From positions 928,001 through 992,000 of the forward strand of contig CAVYGN010000001.1 of NCBI GenBank assembly GCA_963768055.1: a stretch of DNA of 64,000 nt, in the 5' to 3' direction. The translations under genes were made by a program, and so were the position numbers. This DNA is from an uncultured Spirochaetota bacterium. Lineage in GTDB: Bacteria > Spirochaetota > Brevinematia > Brevinematales > JAOACQ01. The notes beneath the pieces are model-generated. The model ran no database searches. It saw nothing but the letters and a program-made list of their open reading frames with translations, and was not told the DNA's origin. Positions 1 through 9,673 of the stretch are shown here, one piece after another; within the stretch, counting starts at the first letter, position 1; each line of letters begins with the position of its first letter.

Positions 1-826
1 CAGGGAAGAAACAGAAAATAATATAGACGTGCTGTACAATGTGCATATCATCGATATCGAAGGAAGAAAGACAATAGAAGCGGAGAAGGGGAGAATCTAC
101 TCCGACCCTGAAAATCCGGAACACTATATTTTGAAATTTATAAACGGAAGCATGTCGGAAATTAACAAGTCGACTGCAATAGGAGATAAAGACGATGAAA
201 AGTTCTTTATCGCATCCTTCCGCTATCTTTACTATAACACATATCTGAAGCTGCCCAAGGATTTTTACAACAAAAGCCCTGATTCGATGACCATCAGGGA
301 ACTGGCGTCCGAAATAGCCGCCCAGTCGAAAACATCCCTTGATCAGATTGACAACTTCCTGAAGGATAAAGACAGGATCACAAGGGATTTTGAAAATTTC
401 AAAAAAACATACTCGCTCGAAACGGCCGGATTATCCAAGGAGGATGTCCTGAAGAAAGCGTCGGAATTCGATGAAAGGTTTAAAACTTTCCGGACCGAGA
501 TTGACGCTCTGGACAAAAACATATTGAATTATAACAAGAACCTTCCTTATTTTTATATTATGAAGTATTATGAAAAGTTTGCACTGCCCTTTTCATCGCT
601 TGCGTTCGCCCTGATCGGCCTATCAATAGGTATGTTTACTCTGAGAAGCGGAAGAAATGAAGGCCTTGGAATAAGCATAGTAATAATGCTTATGTTTTAC
701 GGATTAAAATTCGGGACCGAAATCCTCATACAGAAAGGGGATATTCCGCCGATCATGGAATGGTTCCCCAACAGTTTATTTATGCTGATAGGGACTGTCC
801 TGTTGGTGATTAAGGTAAGAAATTGA
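1..826 (+). CDS. lptF: LptF/LptG-family permease, 5'-partial (likely LptF)
   Basis: Frame open to the window start; C-terminal TM helices with KFALPFSSLAFALIG and RSGR motifs; directly upstream of a second LptF/G paralog. Confidence 0.75.
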   Translation, partial: REETENNIDVLYNVHIIDIEGRKTIEAEKGRIYSDPENPEHYILKFINGSMSEINKSTAIGDKDDEKFFIASFRYLYYNTYLKLPKDFYNKSPDSMTIRELASEIAAQSKTSLDQIDNFLKDKDRITRDFENFKKTYSLETAGLSKEDVLKKASEFDERFKTFRTEIDALDKNILNYNKNLPYFYIMKYYEKFALPFSSLAFALIGLSIGMFTLRSGRNEGLGISIVIMLMFYGLKFGTEILIQKGDIPPIMEWFPNSLFMLIGTVLLVIKVRN

Positions 827-837
827 AAGGGATTGCT

Positions 838-2121
838 ATGGAAAATGCAGGGATTAAAAAATTTTTATCAAATAAATACACTGCCGTTCGTGCAAAAATT
901 AAAAATTTCAGGGTTACAACCCTCGATATTTTCATAATAAAGCAGTTCTCCGCATCGTTCGTCATATCGCTGTTTTTCTTTGTAGTCATCTATATCATGT
1001 GCCAGATATTCCTGCATGTGCAATGGCTGCCCCCGGGTTCGGATTTTTTTCTGCTCACCCAGTATTATTTTTTTATGGGCGTTTACTGGCTTTACATTTT
1101 TCAGCCTTTTTCGTTTTTATTTGCATCGGTTTACGGACTTTCCAGGATGGCCCAATTCAGGGAATTGATAGCCGTGGTCAGTACAGGTACGAGCCTGTAC
1201 AGGATCAGTATCTTTCCCCTCCTTATTACAATCGTTTATTTTATAATTCTTGTAAGTTTTCTCCAGAACACCATTATCTTTCCGGCTTACCAGAAATTTA
1301 ACATCCTTGATTGGGTAATTTTTCACAAGGAAGACCCGAAAACCATCGACAGGCTGAAGGACAACCGCAATTTTTCAGTGTTCGGCTCGAACGATCTCAT
1401 TTATATAGTGGATTATTACAACGCAATTACAAAAGAAATGTTTAAAATCACAGTAATTAAACTCAAAGATACCATGAAAGATATCAAAGCAAGGGAATAT
1501 ATTTCAAATCAAAACGCATGGCTTATTACTAACGCGGAAGAACTCACAAAGGAAAGAAGCCTGGTTTATCCTGAAAAGATGAATATTATTATGAGGCTTG
1601 ACGCCGATAAGGCTTCCTGGGATGAAATAAACAAGAGATGGGTATTTCATGAAGGTATCGAAAGGGAAATTGAAAATTCGGGAGAAAGCTTTATTACAAG
1701 TAAAATAAAGAACAAATCCTACGATTTTATTCAGGACCCTCCCTATTATTTTGAAAAGGTCTGGTACAGCATAGACGCTATGTCTTACCAGGAGGGCGCA
1801 AAATATCTCGATAAACTGATAAAATCGAAACAGGATTACAAGGAAGCGGAAACCCGTTATATATCGAGATTCACGTATCCTATAGGGTTAATCTTTATCG
1901 TTCTTGCCGGCATCGGGGTAATCGATCTTTCGCGGAGAAAAATTTCTTTTATTATAAACCTTATGGTAAGCATGGTTATTTTCATTGTTTATTATATTTT
2001 CTATGCAATAGGCATATCCCTGGCGGGTAAGGGAAACATTTCCCCGGTAATCGGGGCCTCCACGGGAACGGTTTTTTTAATAATTACATCGATTTATATT
2101 TACATGAAGGCAAAAACCTAG
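838..2121 (+). CDS. lptG: LptF/LptG-family permease (likely LptG)
   Basis: 3 TM + periplasmic domain + 3 TM layout, LDIFI and ELIAVVSTGTS motifs; ATG at 838 preferred over TTG at 823. Confidence 0.75.
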   Translation: MENAGIKKFLSNKYTAVRAKIKNFRVTTLDIFIIKQFSASFVISLFFFVVIYIMCQIFLHVQWLPPGSDFFLLTQYYFFMGVYWLYIFQPFSFLFASVYGLSRMAQFRELIAVVSTGTSLYRISIFPLLITIVYFIILVSFLQNTIIFPAYQKFNILDWVIFHKEDPKTIDRLKDNRNFSVFGSNDLIYIVDYYNAITKEMFKITVIKLKDTMKDIKAREYISNQNAWLITNAEELTKERSLVYPEKMNIIMRLDADKASWDEINKRWVFHEGIEREIENSGESFITSKIKNKSYDFIQDPPYYFEKVWYSIDAMSYQEGAKYLDKLIKSKQDYKEAETRYISRFTYPIGLIFIVLAGIGVIDLSRRKISFIINLMVSMVIFIVYYIFYAIGISLAGKGNISPVIGASTGTVFLIITSIYIYMKAKT

Positions 2122-2156
2122 CTTTACATCTCCCCCCTCTCTTCCCTTCGGGGACT

Positions 2157-3226
2157 TTAAAAACGGTCCCCGAAACAGGTCCCTATCAGGCGGGCGTCTT
2201 CGATAAGGGGATCTTCAGGCGATACGGTTTTTATCTTGCCGGCAACTAATTCCAGAGGGATTGAGGATATATCGCTTCCGTTCAATACCACCATCTGATT
2301 GAATCTCTTTTGTGAAATGAGTTCAGCTGCATGCGTGCCAAGCCTTGTAGCTAATATCCTGTCCTGGGGAGAAGGAGTCCCCCCCTTTGAAGATACCCGA
2401 GGATTGTCTCCCTCGTTTCAAGCCCTGTAAGGTTTTCAATATTCCTGGCTATATAACTGCAGGCCGATACCCTTGTGAGGCATTCGCCTTCGGAATCCCT
2501 GGGCAATTCAATTTCGGGTATGCTTATGCCTTCGGCAACTACTACAATGGAATATGGTTTTCCTTCCCGGGCCCTTTTTTCAAGATATTCTGCAATAATA
2601 TTTACGTCGTATTTTATTTCAGGTATTATTATCGCATCGCCTCCGCCGGCTAATCCCGAATAAAGAGCAAGCCATCCGGCATGATGGCCCATAACCTCCA
2701 TTACCATGATCCTCTTATGTGAATTGGCCGTTGTATGGAGCCTGTCAAGCGATTCGGCGGCAATTGTCATCGCAGAATCGAACCCGAAGGAAAAATCGGT
2801 TCCCCAAACATCGTTATCTATTGTTTTCGGTATTCCGATAATGTTCAGGCCCTCCCTGGATAGTTTATAAGCTGTTTTTTGAGTTCCATTGCCTCCGATG
2901 CAGACAAGGCAGTCGAGGCCAAGTTCCTCGTAATTTTTTTTAATGAGCTCCGGTTTGTTGAAAAGTTCTTTTGAATCGCTGTGTTTGAATGGTTTTTCAC
3001 GCGATGTTCCAAGAATAGTGCCTCCGACTGTAAGAATGCCTGACAATTTTCTCTCGTCGAGTTCAATTGTTTCGTTATGTATCAAACCCAGAAAACCTGA
3101 AGATATGCCTACAACGCTCATACCGTATTTTAGCAGGGCGGTCTTACCGACCCCGCGAATTGCAGCGTTGAGCCCGGGACAGTCGCCGCCGGAGGTGAGG
3201 ATGCCGATTCTCATGTTTTTTGACAT
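2157..3226 (-). CDS. pfkA: 6-phosphofructokinase (PfkA family) with a 1-nt frameshift in a G7 run
   Basis: GGDCPG, GGNGT, PKTIDND and MGHHAGW motifs. The called ORF ends abnormally (GGLLLPRTGY); the adjacent frame supplies the expected TPSPQDRILATRLG...GTCFGDRF* ending at 2157. Confidence 0.9.
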
Positions 3227-3244
3227 CGGATAAAACCTCATCCT

Positions 3245-3886
3245 TTAAATTTCCATATTCTTGATCCTATGGCTTGCGTTCCTAAGAAGGGAAGTGATCT
3301 CTGCAAAGTTTTTGTTCATTATCAGTTCGGGCCTGAATACATTATTACCCATGCCGACGGCAATCGCACCGTAAGAGAGGAACTGGATCGCTGTAATAAG
3401 GTCAAGTCCACCTGTCGGAAAAACCTCAAGCAGCGGGAACGGGCCTTTGAGTTTTTGAATAAAAGTCGGGGCCATTTCACTGGCGGGAAAAAGCTTGATA
3501 ATATCGGAACCGGCTTTGTAAGCGTTATATATCTCGGTAGGGGTAAAACCGGAAAGCATGATCATTTTATCCCTGGATTTTACGGTATCCACAATATCGT
3601 AGTTTAAGATAGGACTGACAATAAAATCAACGCCGTTAAGGATTGCATCTTCCGCGTCTTTTTTTTCGAGGACAGTACCCAAACCGATTATAAGTTCAGG
3701 ATACTTCGATTTGACTTTTACTATTTCTCCAATAATGCCATGAATGGTCATTGTAAATTCTATTATACGGCAGCCCGCTTCAATGACCGAATCCGCTACG
3801 GGCAGGACGGCTTCCGGGTAAAGAGTTCGAAGGATCGGGACCAATTTTTCCTGTTTAATAAGTTCCTTTATTGAAGCAGTATTCAT
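3245..3886 (-). CDS. eda: KDPG/KHG aldolase
   Basis: IEFT, GLGTV, FIVSP, TPTEI, IKLFPA and PTGG motifs. Confidence 0.88.
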   Translation of the reverse strand: MNTASIKELIKQEKLVPILRTLYPEAVLPVADSVIEAGCRIIEFTMTIHGIIGEIVKVKSKYPELIIGLGTVLEKKDAEDAILNGVDFIVSPILNYDIVDTVKSRDKMIMLSGFTPTEIYNAYKAGSDIIKLFPASEMAPTFIQKLKGPFPLLEVFPTGGLDLITAIQFLSYGAIAVGMGNNVFRPELIMNKNFAEITSLLRNASHRIKNMEI

Positions 3887-3912
3887 GCAGGGACCTCTTG
3901 AAAATCGACGGG

Positions 3913-5508
3913 TTATAAAGTTATGATTTTATATTTAATTATTTCAGGCACTTTTTGGAGAAGCCCGGTTATATTCTCTTCTAAATGTGTATCGAGATTC
4001 AGTATGGTCATGGCTGTTGAGTCGCTGTTATTCCTTGCGACATGCATGCTTGCAATATTTATCCTGTTTTCGCCCATAATGTTCCCGATCTTTCCTATCA
4101 CACCGGGTTTGTCTTCATTGGTAATGATAAGAAGAGACCCCTTGGGGTTGATCTCGCAGTAATAGTTATTGAACTTAACGATCTTGCCATGGTTGCCTGA
4201 ATATACCGTGCCCCAGAGGTTCATAGCGTCAGAATCGCTCTTAATCGTTATTTTGAGCAGATTAGTATATTCGGTGTCCGCTTCATTTATTTCCTGGCGC
4301 ACTTTAATGCCCCTTGATTTAGCGGTCGCGATTGAATTGACATAGTTGACCGTCTCACCGAGAAAGTTCTGGAAAAGGCCTTTAAGAGCGGCCCTGCCGA
4401 TCAGGGACAGGTCTTTTTCCTCGATATCCCCTGTACAAGTGATAGAAACTTCTTCGATCTGGCCTTCAATACATTGAGAGATCATTAATCCCATCTTTTC
4501 CGACAGAAATACGTATCCCTTGAGATTTTCAAATTCTTCCTTGCTGATGGAGGGCATATTGACTGCATTGATGACCATGCCATGGAGAAGAAAATTTGCT
4601 ACTGTTTGAGCGCTTTCCACCGCAACATTGAACTGCGCCTCCGAAGTTGAAGCTCCTAGATGCGGGTCCAAAATACAATTAGGAGCTTCGAAAAGAGGAT
4701 TCAAAGGATCGAGAGGAGGTTCCTTCGAGTAAACGTCTATTGCCGCGCCTGCAATCCGTCCGGATTTAAGGGCTTCAGCCAATACCGCTTCATTAATTAC
4801 TCCTCCGCGGGCGCAATTGATTATCCTTACGGATTTTTTCATCATATCTATTTCTTTTTGACCGATCATTCCCTTAGTCTGGTCCGTGAGAGGGGTGTGA
4901 ATGGTTATGAAATCGCTATCTTTATATATTGCCTCAAGGTCGCAGAGTTCTATTCCATGTTTAACGGCAAATTCCTCAGATACGAAAGGATCATACGCGA
5001 TTATTTTCATTTCAAAGGCTTTAGCGCGTTTTGCCACTTCGGTGCCTATCCTGCCCAGCCCGATTATGCCGAGTTTTTTGCCAAGAAGCTCTACGCCTTT
5101 AAAGGATTTTCTATCCCATTCCCTTTGAACCGAAGTTTTATAATGCGCGAAAGGGATCTTTCTTGCCAGCGATATCATCATAGCAAAAGTATATTCAGCC
5201 GTGGAAATCGTATTCCCTATCGGAGCGTTCATGACCACTATGCCTTTTTCGGTAGCTGTCGGAACATCTATATTGTCTACGCCGACCCCTGCTCTCGAAA
5301 TGACTTTTAAACCCTCTGAAGCAAGCAGTACATCCCTTGTCAATTTGGTTTCGCTGCGAACTATTATAGCGTCGTAGCCGTTAAGTTCCGCTTTTAAGGC
5401 ATCGCCTTTTAATGTTTCTTTTTCAATTACTTCCAATTCTTTATAAGATTTTAAAAGCTCTACGCCTTCCTTGTCGAGTTTGTCAGTCACGAGAATTTTA
5501 AAAGCCAT
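3913..5508 (-). CDS. serA: D-3-phosphoglycerate dehydrogenase (with ASB and ACT domains)
   Basis: [30 protein letters not shown] and C-terminal ACT (DKPGVIG...NIASM). Confidence 0.95.
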   Translation of the reverse strand: MAFKILVTDKLDKEGVELLKSYKELEVIEKETLKGDALKAELNGYDAIIVRSETKLTRDVLLASEGLKVISRAGVGVDNIDVPTATEKGIVVMNAPIGNTISTAEYTFAMMISLARKIPFAHYKTSVQREWDRKSFKGVELLGKKLGIIGLGRIGTEVAKRAKAFEMKIIAYDPFVSEEFAVKHGIELCDLEAIYKDSDFITIHTPLTDQTKGMIGQKEIDMMKKSVRIINCARGGVINEAVLAEALKSGRIAGAAIDVYSKEPPLDPLNPLFEAPNCILDPHLGASTSEAQFNVAVESAQTVANFLLHGMVINAVNMPSISKEEFENLKGYVFLSEKMGLMISQCIEGQIEEVSITCTGDIEEKDLSLIGRAALKGLFQNFLGETVNYVNSIATAKSRGIKVRQEINEADTEYTNLLKITIKSDSDAMNLWGTVYSGNHGKIVKFNNYYCEINPKGSLLIITNEDKPGVIGKIGNIMGENRINIASMHVARNNSDSTAMTILNLDTHLEENITGLLQKVPEIIKYKIITL

Positions 5509-5552
5509 ACTTTCCTCCTATCAGATGACCGAGATGGCCGTTTTTTATATGT

Positions 5553-5735
5553 CTAATCAACAGCAATACAATTTACGGGACATTGGCTGGCCGCATCCTG
5601 CGCCAACGATTTGTCATAATTGGGAAGGTTTTTAACATGAGCTTTACCGTCCGCTTCAAGCTCAAAAAGATCCGGATAAACGCTTTCACATACTCCGCAT
5701 CCTATACAGGTTTCGAGATCAACTACTACAGCCAT
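5553..5735 (-). CDS. Single-cluster ferredoxin
   Basis: CIGCGVC...CPVNCI, 60 aa; GGAGG RBS upstream. Confidence 0.9.
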   Translation of the reverse strand: MAVVVDLETCIGCGVCESVYPDLFELEADGKAHVKNLPNYDKSLAQDAASQCPVNCIAVD

Positions 5736-5808
5736 GATCGCCTCCTACCGATTTAAATGATCAAAATTTTAACATGAATGAAAAAAATAATCAAAGATAT
5801 GAGCTTTA

Positions 5809-6765
5809 TCAGTTCAATCTAAAAAACAGGACCACCTCGTTGCCGGCCTTGTTATAAAAAAGGGCGTCGGAAAATTTTTTCATTATATAAATTCCCCTTC
5901 CGGATATCTTCTCAAGCGCCTCGATTCCTACGGGAACTGAAATGTTGTTTATGTCGAACCCTTGCCCGCTGTCGCTGATGAAAACCCTCAGGCCTTTTAT
6001 ACCCAGTTCATAATTCATAATGACCGGCTTTTCGGGATCAAGTCCGTTGCCGTAAGTTATGGCGTTTACAAGGGCCTCATGGAGAACGGTTTCTATCTGC
6101 CATATCTTTTCCGTGTTGAATTGAATCAGTTTGTTTTTGATCATGCCGACAGCCAGGCCCACAGTTTTAACAGATGACTTTACCGGGAACTTATAGGATA
6201 AATGCTGGGAATTATCAATTATTGCAAGCGGTATCGACTTGAGGCCGACCAACCGGGCCAGGGAGCTGATTTCATTTAACAGGGAGTACGAAAAAGAATT
6301 TGATTTCATAACCAGGTTTTTTAAATTGACGGCAAAGTCTTCTTTGATCCTGCCGTTAAAAATTATTATTATGTCGTCTTCAATAAAAGGCTCCGAAGGA
6401 GGGGGGCGGAAGGAAAGATTATCGAATACAATGACCTTGTTTTCATTCCTCTTTACAAGTACGAAGCTTAAATCCCGGCGGGGTGAAAAGCTTACCTTTT
6501 TACTAAAGGTGTCGGCGTAAAGGAGTGAAACCGGAGAGTTATTTTTCATAATTTTGGAAAATCCGCTTTTAAGATTAAAAGAATTATCGTTTTCAAATGA
6601 AAGCGAGGCATCGTTGTTACAGGTGATCATGAGAAGGAGTTCCGATTTATTATGCTTTTTAAATATATAAAAGTTTTCTTTGTTTTCACTGATGGTAAGC
6701 CAGAGATGATCCGTCTGGATAAAATCCTCGTAGGCTTCTTTTACCATTACATTAAATTTTTTCAT
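5809..6765 (-). CDS. Protein with C-terminal RsbW/SpoIIAB-like HATPase domain
   Basis: EALVNAITYGN, DSGQGFD and GRGIYIM boxes; N-terminal half unassigned. Confidence 0.75.
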   Translation of the reverse strand: MKKFNVMVKEAYEDFIQTDHLWLTISENKENFYIFKKHNKSELLLMITCNNDASLSFENDNSFNLKSGFSKIMKNNSPVSLLYADTFSKKVSFSPRRDLSFVLVKRNENKVIVFDNLSFRPPPSEPFIEDDIIIIFNGRIKEDFAVNLKNLVMKSNSFSYSLLNEISSLARLVGLKSIPLAIIDNSQHLSYKFPVKSSVKTVGLAVGMIKNKLIQFNTEKIWQIETVLHEALVNAITYGNGLDPEKPVIMNYELGIKGLRVFISDSGQGFDINNISVPVGIEALEKISGRGIYIMKKFSDALFYNKAGNEVVLFFRLN

Positions 6766-7747
6766 AAATCCGCATGTCCCTTACTGCTTTAGACTTTAGT
6801 AAATTTCGATAATCGGTATATCTTACACCTTCTCCCGGCCTTAGTAAAAGAATATCGTCCTCGGTAAGGGTTTCACCTGCTTTAATATCCCTGGAAGCAT
6901 ACATGCTTCTCATTGAGAAAGGTTTCGATCGATTTTCAAATTCCGTAATTTTTTTTTCACCCGATCCCATCGCCTTTTCAATATCCCTTATTCCGTTTAC
7001 CATGGCTTTAAACATCCTGGGATCGAGGGACATCGAGTGATCGGCGCCCGGAATATTTCTGTCTGTAGTAAAATGCCTTTCTATCATGGAAGCGCCTAAT
7101 GCGGCCGCTCCCAGGGAAAGGTCTATACCAGCCGAATGATCGGAAAATCCCGCGGGTACATGGTACCGGCTATTTAATTTGTGAATAAAGTTCAGATCGA
7201 CATCACTCGCCTGTACCGGATAATTAGATACGCAGTAGAGGAGTGCAAGGCGCCTGGATCTAAAGATCCCGACAGCCCTGTCGATCTCTTCAAGCCTGGC
7301 GAATCCTGTTGATATTATCGTCAGGAAAGGGATTTTAAGGGATTTAAGGGCTATATTATGCAAAAAAGGTTCGTTGGTTATGTCCGAACTCGCCACCTTA
7401 ATAATAGGTGAGCCTATTTCCAAAAGAAAATCCAGTGAGTCGCCGTCGAAAGGGGTAGCGTAAAACACAAGGCCGAGAGACCTTGCAAATTTGCTTAGCT
7501 TATGTAATTCTTCGTAATTAAGCTCAAAAGATTTGAATAATTCAAACGCTTCCGGGGCCAGGTCCTTGTTGTAAAATTTCTCCGTTTTATAAACCTGGAA
7601 TTTAACCGCATCGGCTCCGCTTTCACAGGCTTTTTCTATAAGGGTTTTAGCGCTCAGAGCATTCCCCATATGATTAATGCCGATCTCTGCAGTAATAAAT
7701 ATCTTTCTTTTGTAATCATTGGAGTAAATAGAATGAATATTATACAC
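6752..7747 (-). CDS. NeuB/PseI-family nonulosonic acid synthase with C-terminal SAF domain
   Basis: AEIGINH, DAVKFQ, KVASSD, GFSDHS, IERHFT, DH and RPGEG motifs. Confidence 0.9.
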   Translation of the reverse strand: MYNIHSIYSNDYKRKIFITAEIGINHMGNALSAKTLIEKACESGADAVKFQVYKTEKFYNKDLAPEAFELFKSFELNYEELHKLSKFARSLGLVFYATPFDGDSLDFLLEIGSPIIKVASSDITNEPFLHNIALKSLKIPFLTIISTGFARLEEIDRAVGIFRSRRLALLYCVSNYPVQASDVDLNFIHKLNSRYHVPAGFSDHSAGIDLSLGAAALGASMIERHFTTDRNIPGADHSMSLDPRMFKAMVNGIRDIEKAMGSGEKKITEFENRSKPFSMRSMYASRDIKAGETLTEDDILLLRPGEGVRYTDYRNLLKSKAVRDMRIYEKI

Positions 7748-7792
7748 TGAAGCTTCCTTAATATGGGATGTAAGCCCGGGATGTATGCCGCT

Positions 7793-8410
7793 CTATTTCT
7801 CCAACCCGAGAAGGGCCGAAGCGTTTGATATATCCTTGTACAAAGAACGGATATTGGCTTTGTTCAAAGATTCCGTAATGTCGCGCACCACCTTTTCGCT
7901 TGAGAAAGCCCCGGCAGTTTCGACATTTTCCTGTTTAACAAGGTATGTAGCCAGGTTTTTCCTTTCCTCGGCAAGTTTCGCCTGTGTATTGATAATAGAA
8001 GAATCCAAATTTGATTTGAATGTATATAAGGTTTTGCTGTCCTGTATATTTGTGCTTAGATAACTTATGATATTTTCACCGTTGAATTTGGTAGAGTTCA
8101 CTATCGCGTTTAATTCACGGGTAAGCTGGTCAAAATCAGGGGTTGTCGAAGCAAGTGATTTTTCAAAATTATCAACCTTGTTTTGCATTTCATACAATCC
8201 ATTCAGGCTCATATTGTCCTTTACGAAACTTTTCTGGAGCTGGTCCATTTTAGCCATATCCGGTGCAATGATCTTATCAGTATTGAAGATGTCTTTCTGA
8301 TCTGAAACATGGCCCTCTTTGGCGACGGAAAAGTTGTTAACAGTGTTTTTTTTTCTATAAGTCAGGTTGTCGAGAGCGGTTTTTTCAGTTAAGATATCGG
8401 ATATTTTCAT
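7793..8410 (-). CDS. Hypothetical helical protein with flagellin-like segment
   Basis: QLTRELNAIVNSTKFNGENII resembles the conserved flagellin N-domain T.FNG motif; strong AGGAGG RBS. Confidence 0.5.
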   Translation of the reverse strand: MKISDILTEKTALDNLTYRKKNTVNNFSVAKEGHVSDQKDIFNTDKIIAPDMAKMDQLQKSFVKDNMSLNGLYEMQNKVDNFEKSLASTTPDFDQLTRELNAIVNSTKFNGENIISYLSTNIQDSKTLYTFKSNLDSSIINTQAKLAEERKNLATYLVKQENVETAGAFSSEKVVRDITESLNKANIRSLYKDISNASALLGLEK

Positions 8411-8515
8411 AGGTCCCTCCTCCTAAGAAAACTAAAATCCTTTTTACTATTAATTATATACCATTTATTTAAATTGGTAAAGATATAAATGTTAATTTGT
8501 GGGGGTAATTTCGAA

Positions 8516-9661
8516 TTACAGGCTCTCATCTATCATATTGTCAATTTCCTGATGCATGGGCTTGTTTACCTGCCAGGCCGGATTCTGGCTGGAAATATTA
8601 AGCAATATACCGCAGGATATCGACATGAAAAACAAAGAAGAACCTCCATAGCTTATGAATGGAAGAGAAACGCCGGTAGGGGGAAAAATGCCGGCCGCTA
8701 TGCCCATGTTCATAAAAGCATGTATAACAACAAGCATTGTAATACCATAGGCGAGAAGCTGTCCGAATTTGTCCCGGCAATTTCTCGCGATGAGAGTACC
8801 TTTTATGAAAAATACCAGATACAGCAGTCCGATCAAAAATGCGCCGATCACTCCGGTTTCTTCAGTTATTACAGAAAAAATGAAATCGGTATGGGGGGTT
8901 GGGAGTATACCCATTTTCTGAGTGCTGTTGCCCAGGCCGAGGCCGAAAAATCCCCCTTCCGCGAATGATTTTAACGATTGAATGATATGATAACCGCTTC
9001 CGTTCATATCCGACCATGGGTTTAAATATGATAATATCCTCATCTTCCTGTAGGAAACCTGAATAATGAATGTAATCAATACCGGCAGGCTCATTATTAT
9101 AATTGAAATGATATGCCTTATCGAAGCCCCGCCCGCCAAAAAAATTAGAAAGGAAACGATCAGCAAAAGGGCCGCAGTTGAAAAATTAGATTGAATGAGT
9201 ATGATAAAAAAGATAGAAGCGACAAGGAGGAGGGGGGGGAGCAGGCCGAATGTGAAGTTTTCAAGCTTTGCCTGTTTTTTTGTCAGAATATAGGCCAGGT
9301 ATATGATCACTGTGATTTTGGCCATCTCTGAAGGGTTAAATGAAAAAAACCTTAAATCGATCCATCTTCTGGCTCCCCCGCTTTCCCTTCCGATGCCGGG
9401 TATAAAGACTGCAAGCAGCAGGACTACCGTAATTAGTACAAGCGCCCTGACATATTTTTTAAGGTTATGATAATCGTATTTCGTGAAAAACAGGAGGCCG
9501 ATGAATGAGGGTATCGCCCAGAGTATCTGTTTTATTGAAAAATAATATGGATTTTGAGTATATTTTTGAGCTATATAATAACTTGAGCTGTATACGAAAA
9601 TAATACCGGTGAGGAATAAAATTACAATGATATAGAATAAGGTTTTATCGATTCTGTTCAT
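8516..9661 (-). CDS. ftsW: SEDS peptidoglycan polymerase FtsW
   Basis: GARRWI, PSEMAK, HTDFIFS, EETG and LPFISYGGSS motifs. Confidence 0.92.
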   Translation of the reverse strand: MNRIDKTLFYIIVILFLTGIIFVYSSSYYIAQKYTQNPYYFSIKQILWAIPSFIGLLFFTKYDYHNLKKYVRALVLITVVLLLAVFIPGIGRESGGARRWIDLRFFSFNPSEMAKITVIIYLAYILTKKQAKLENFTFGLLPPLLLVASIFFIILIQSNFSTAALLLIVSFLIFLAGGASIRHIISIIIMSLPVLITFIIQVSYRKMRILSYLNPWSDMNGSGYHIIQSLKSFAEGGFFGLGLGNSTQKMGILPTPHTDFIFSVITEETGVIGAFLIGLLYLVFFIKGTLIARNCRDKFGQLLAYGITMLVVIHAFMNMGIAAGIFPPTGVSLPFISYGGSSLFFMSISCGILLNISSQNPAWQVNKPMHQEIDNMIDESL

Positions 9662-9673
9662 TTAAATTACCGG

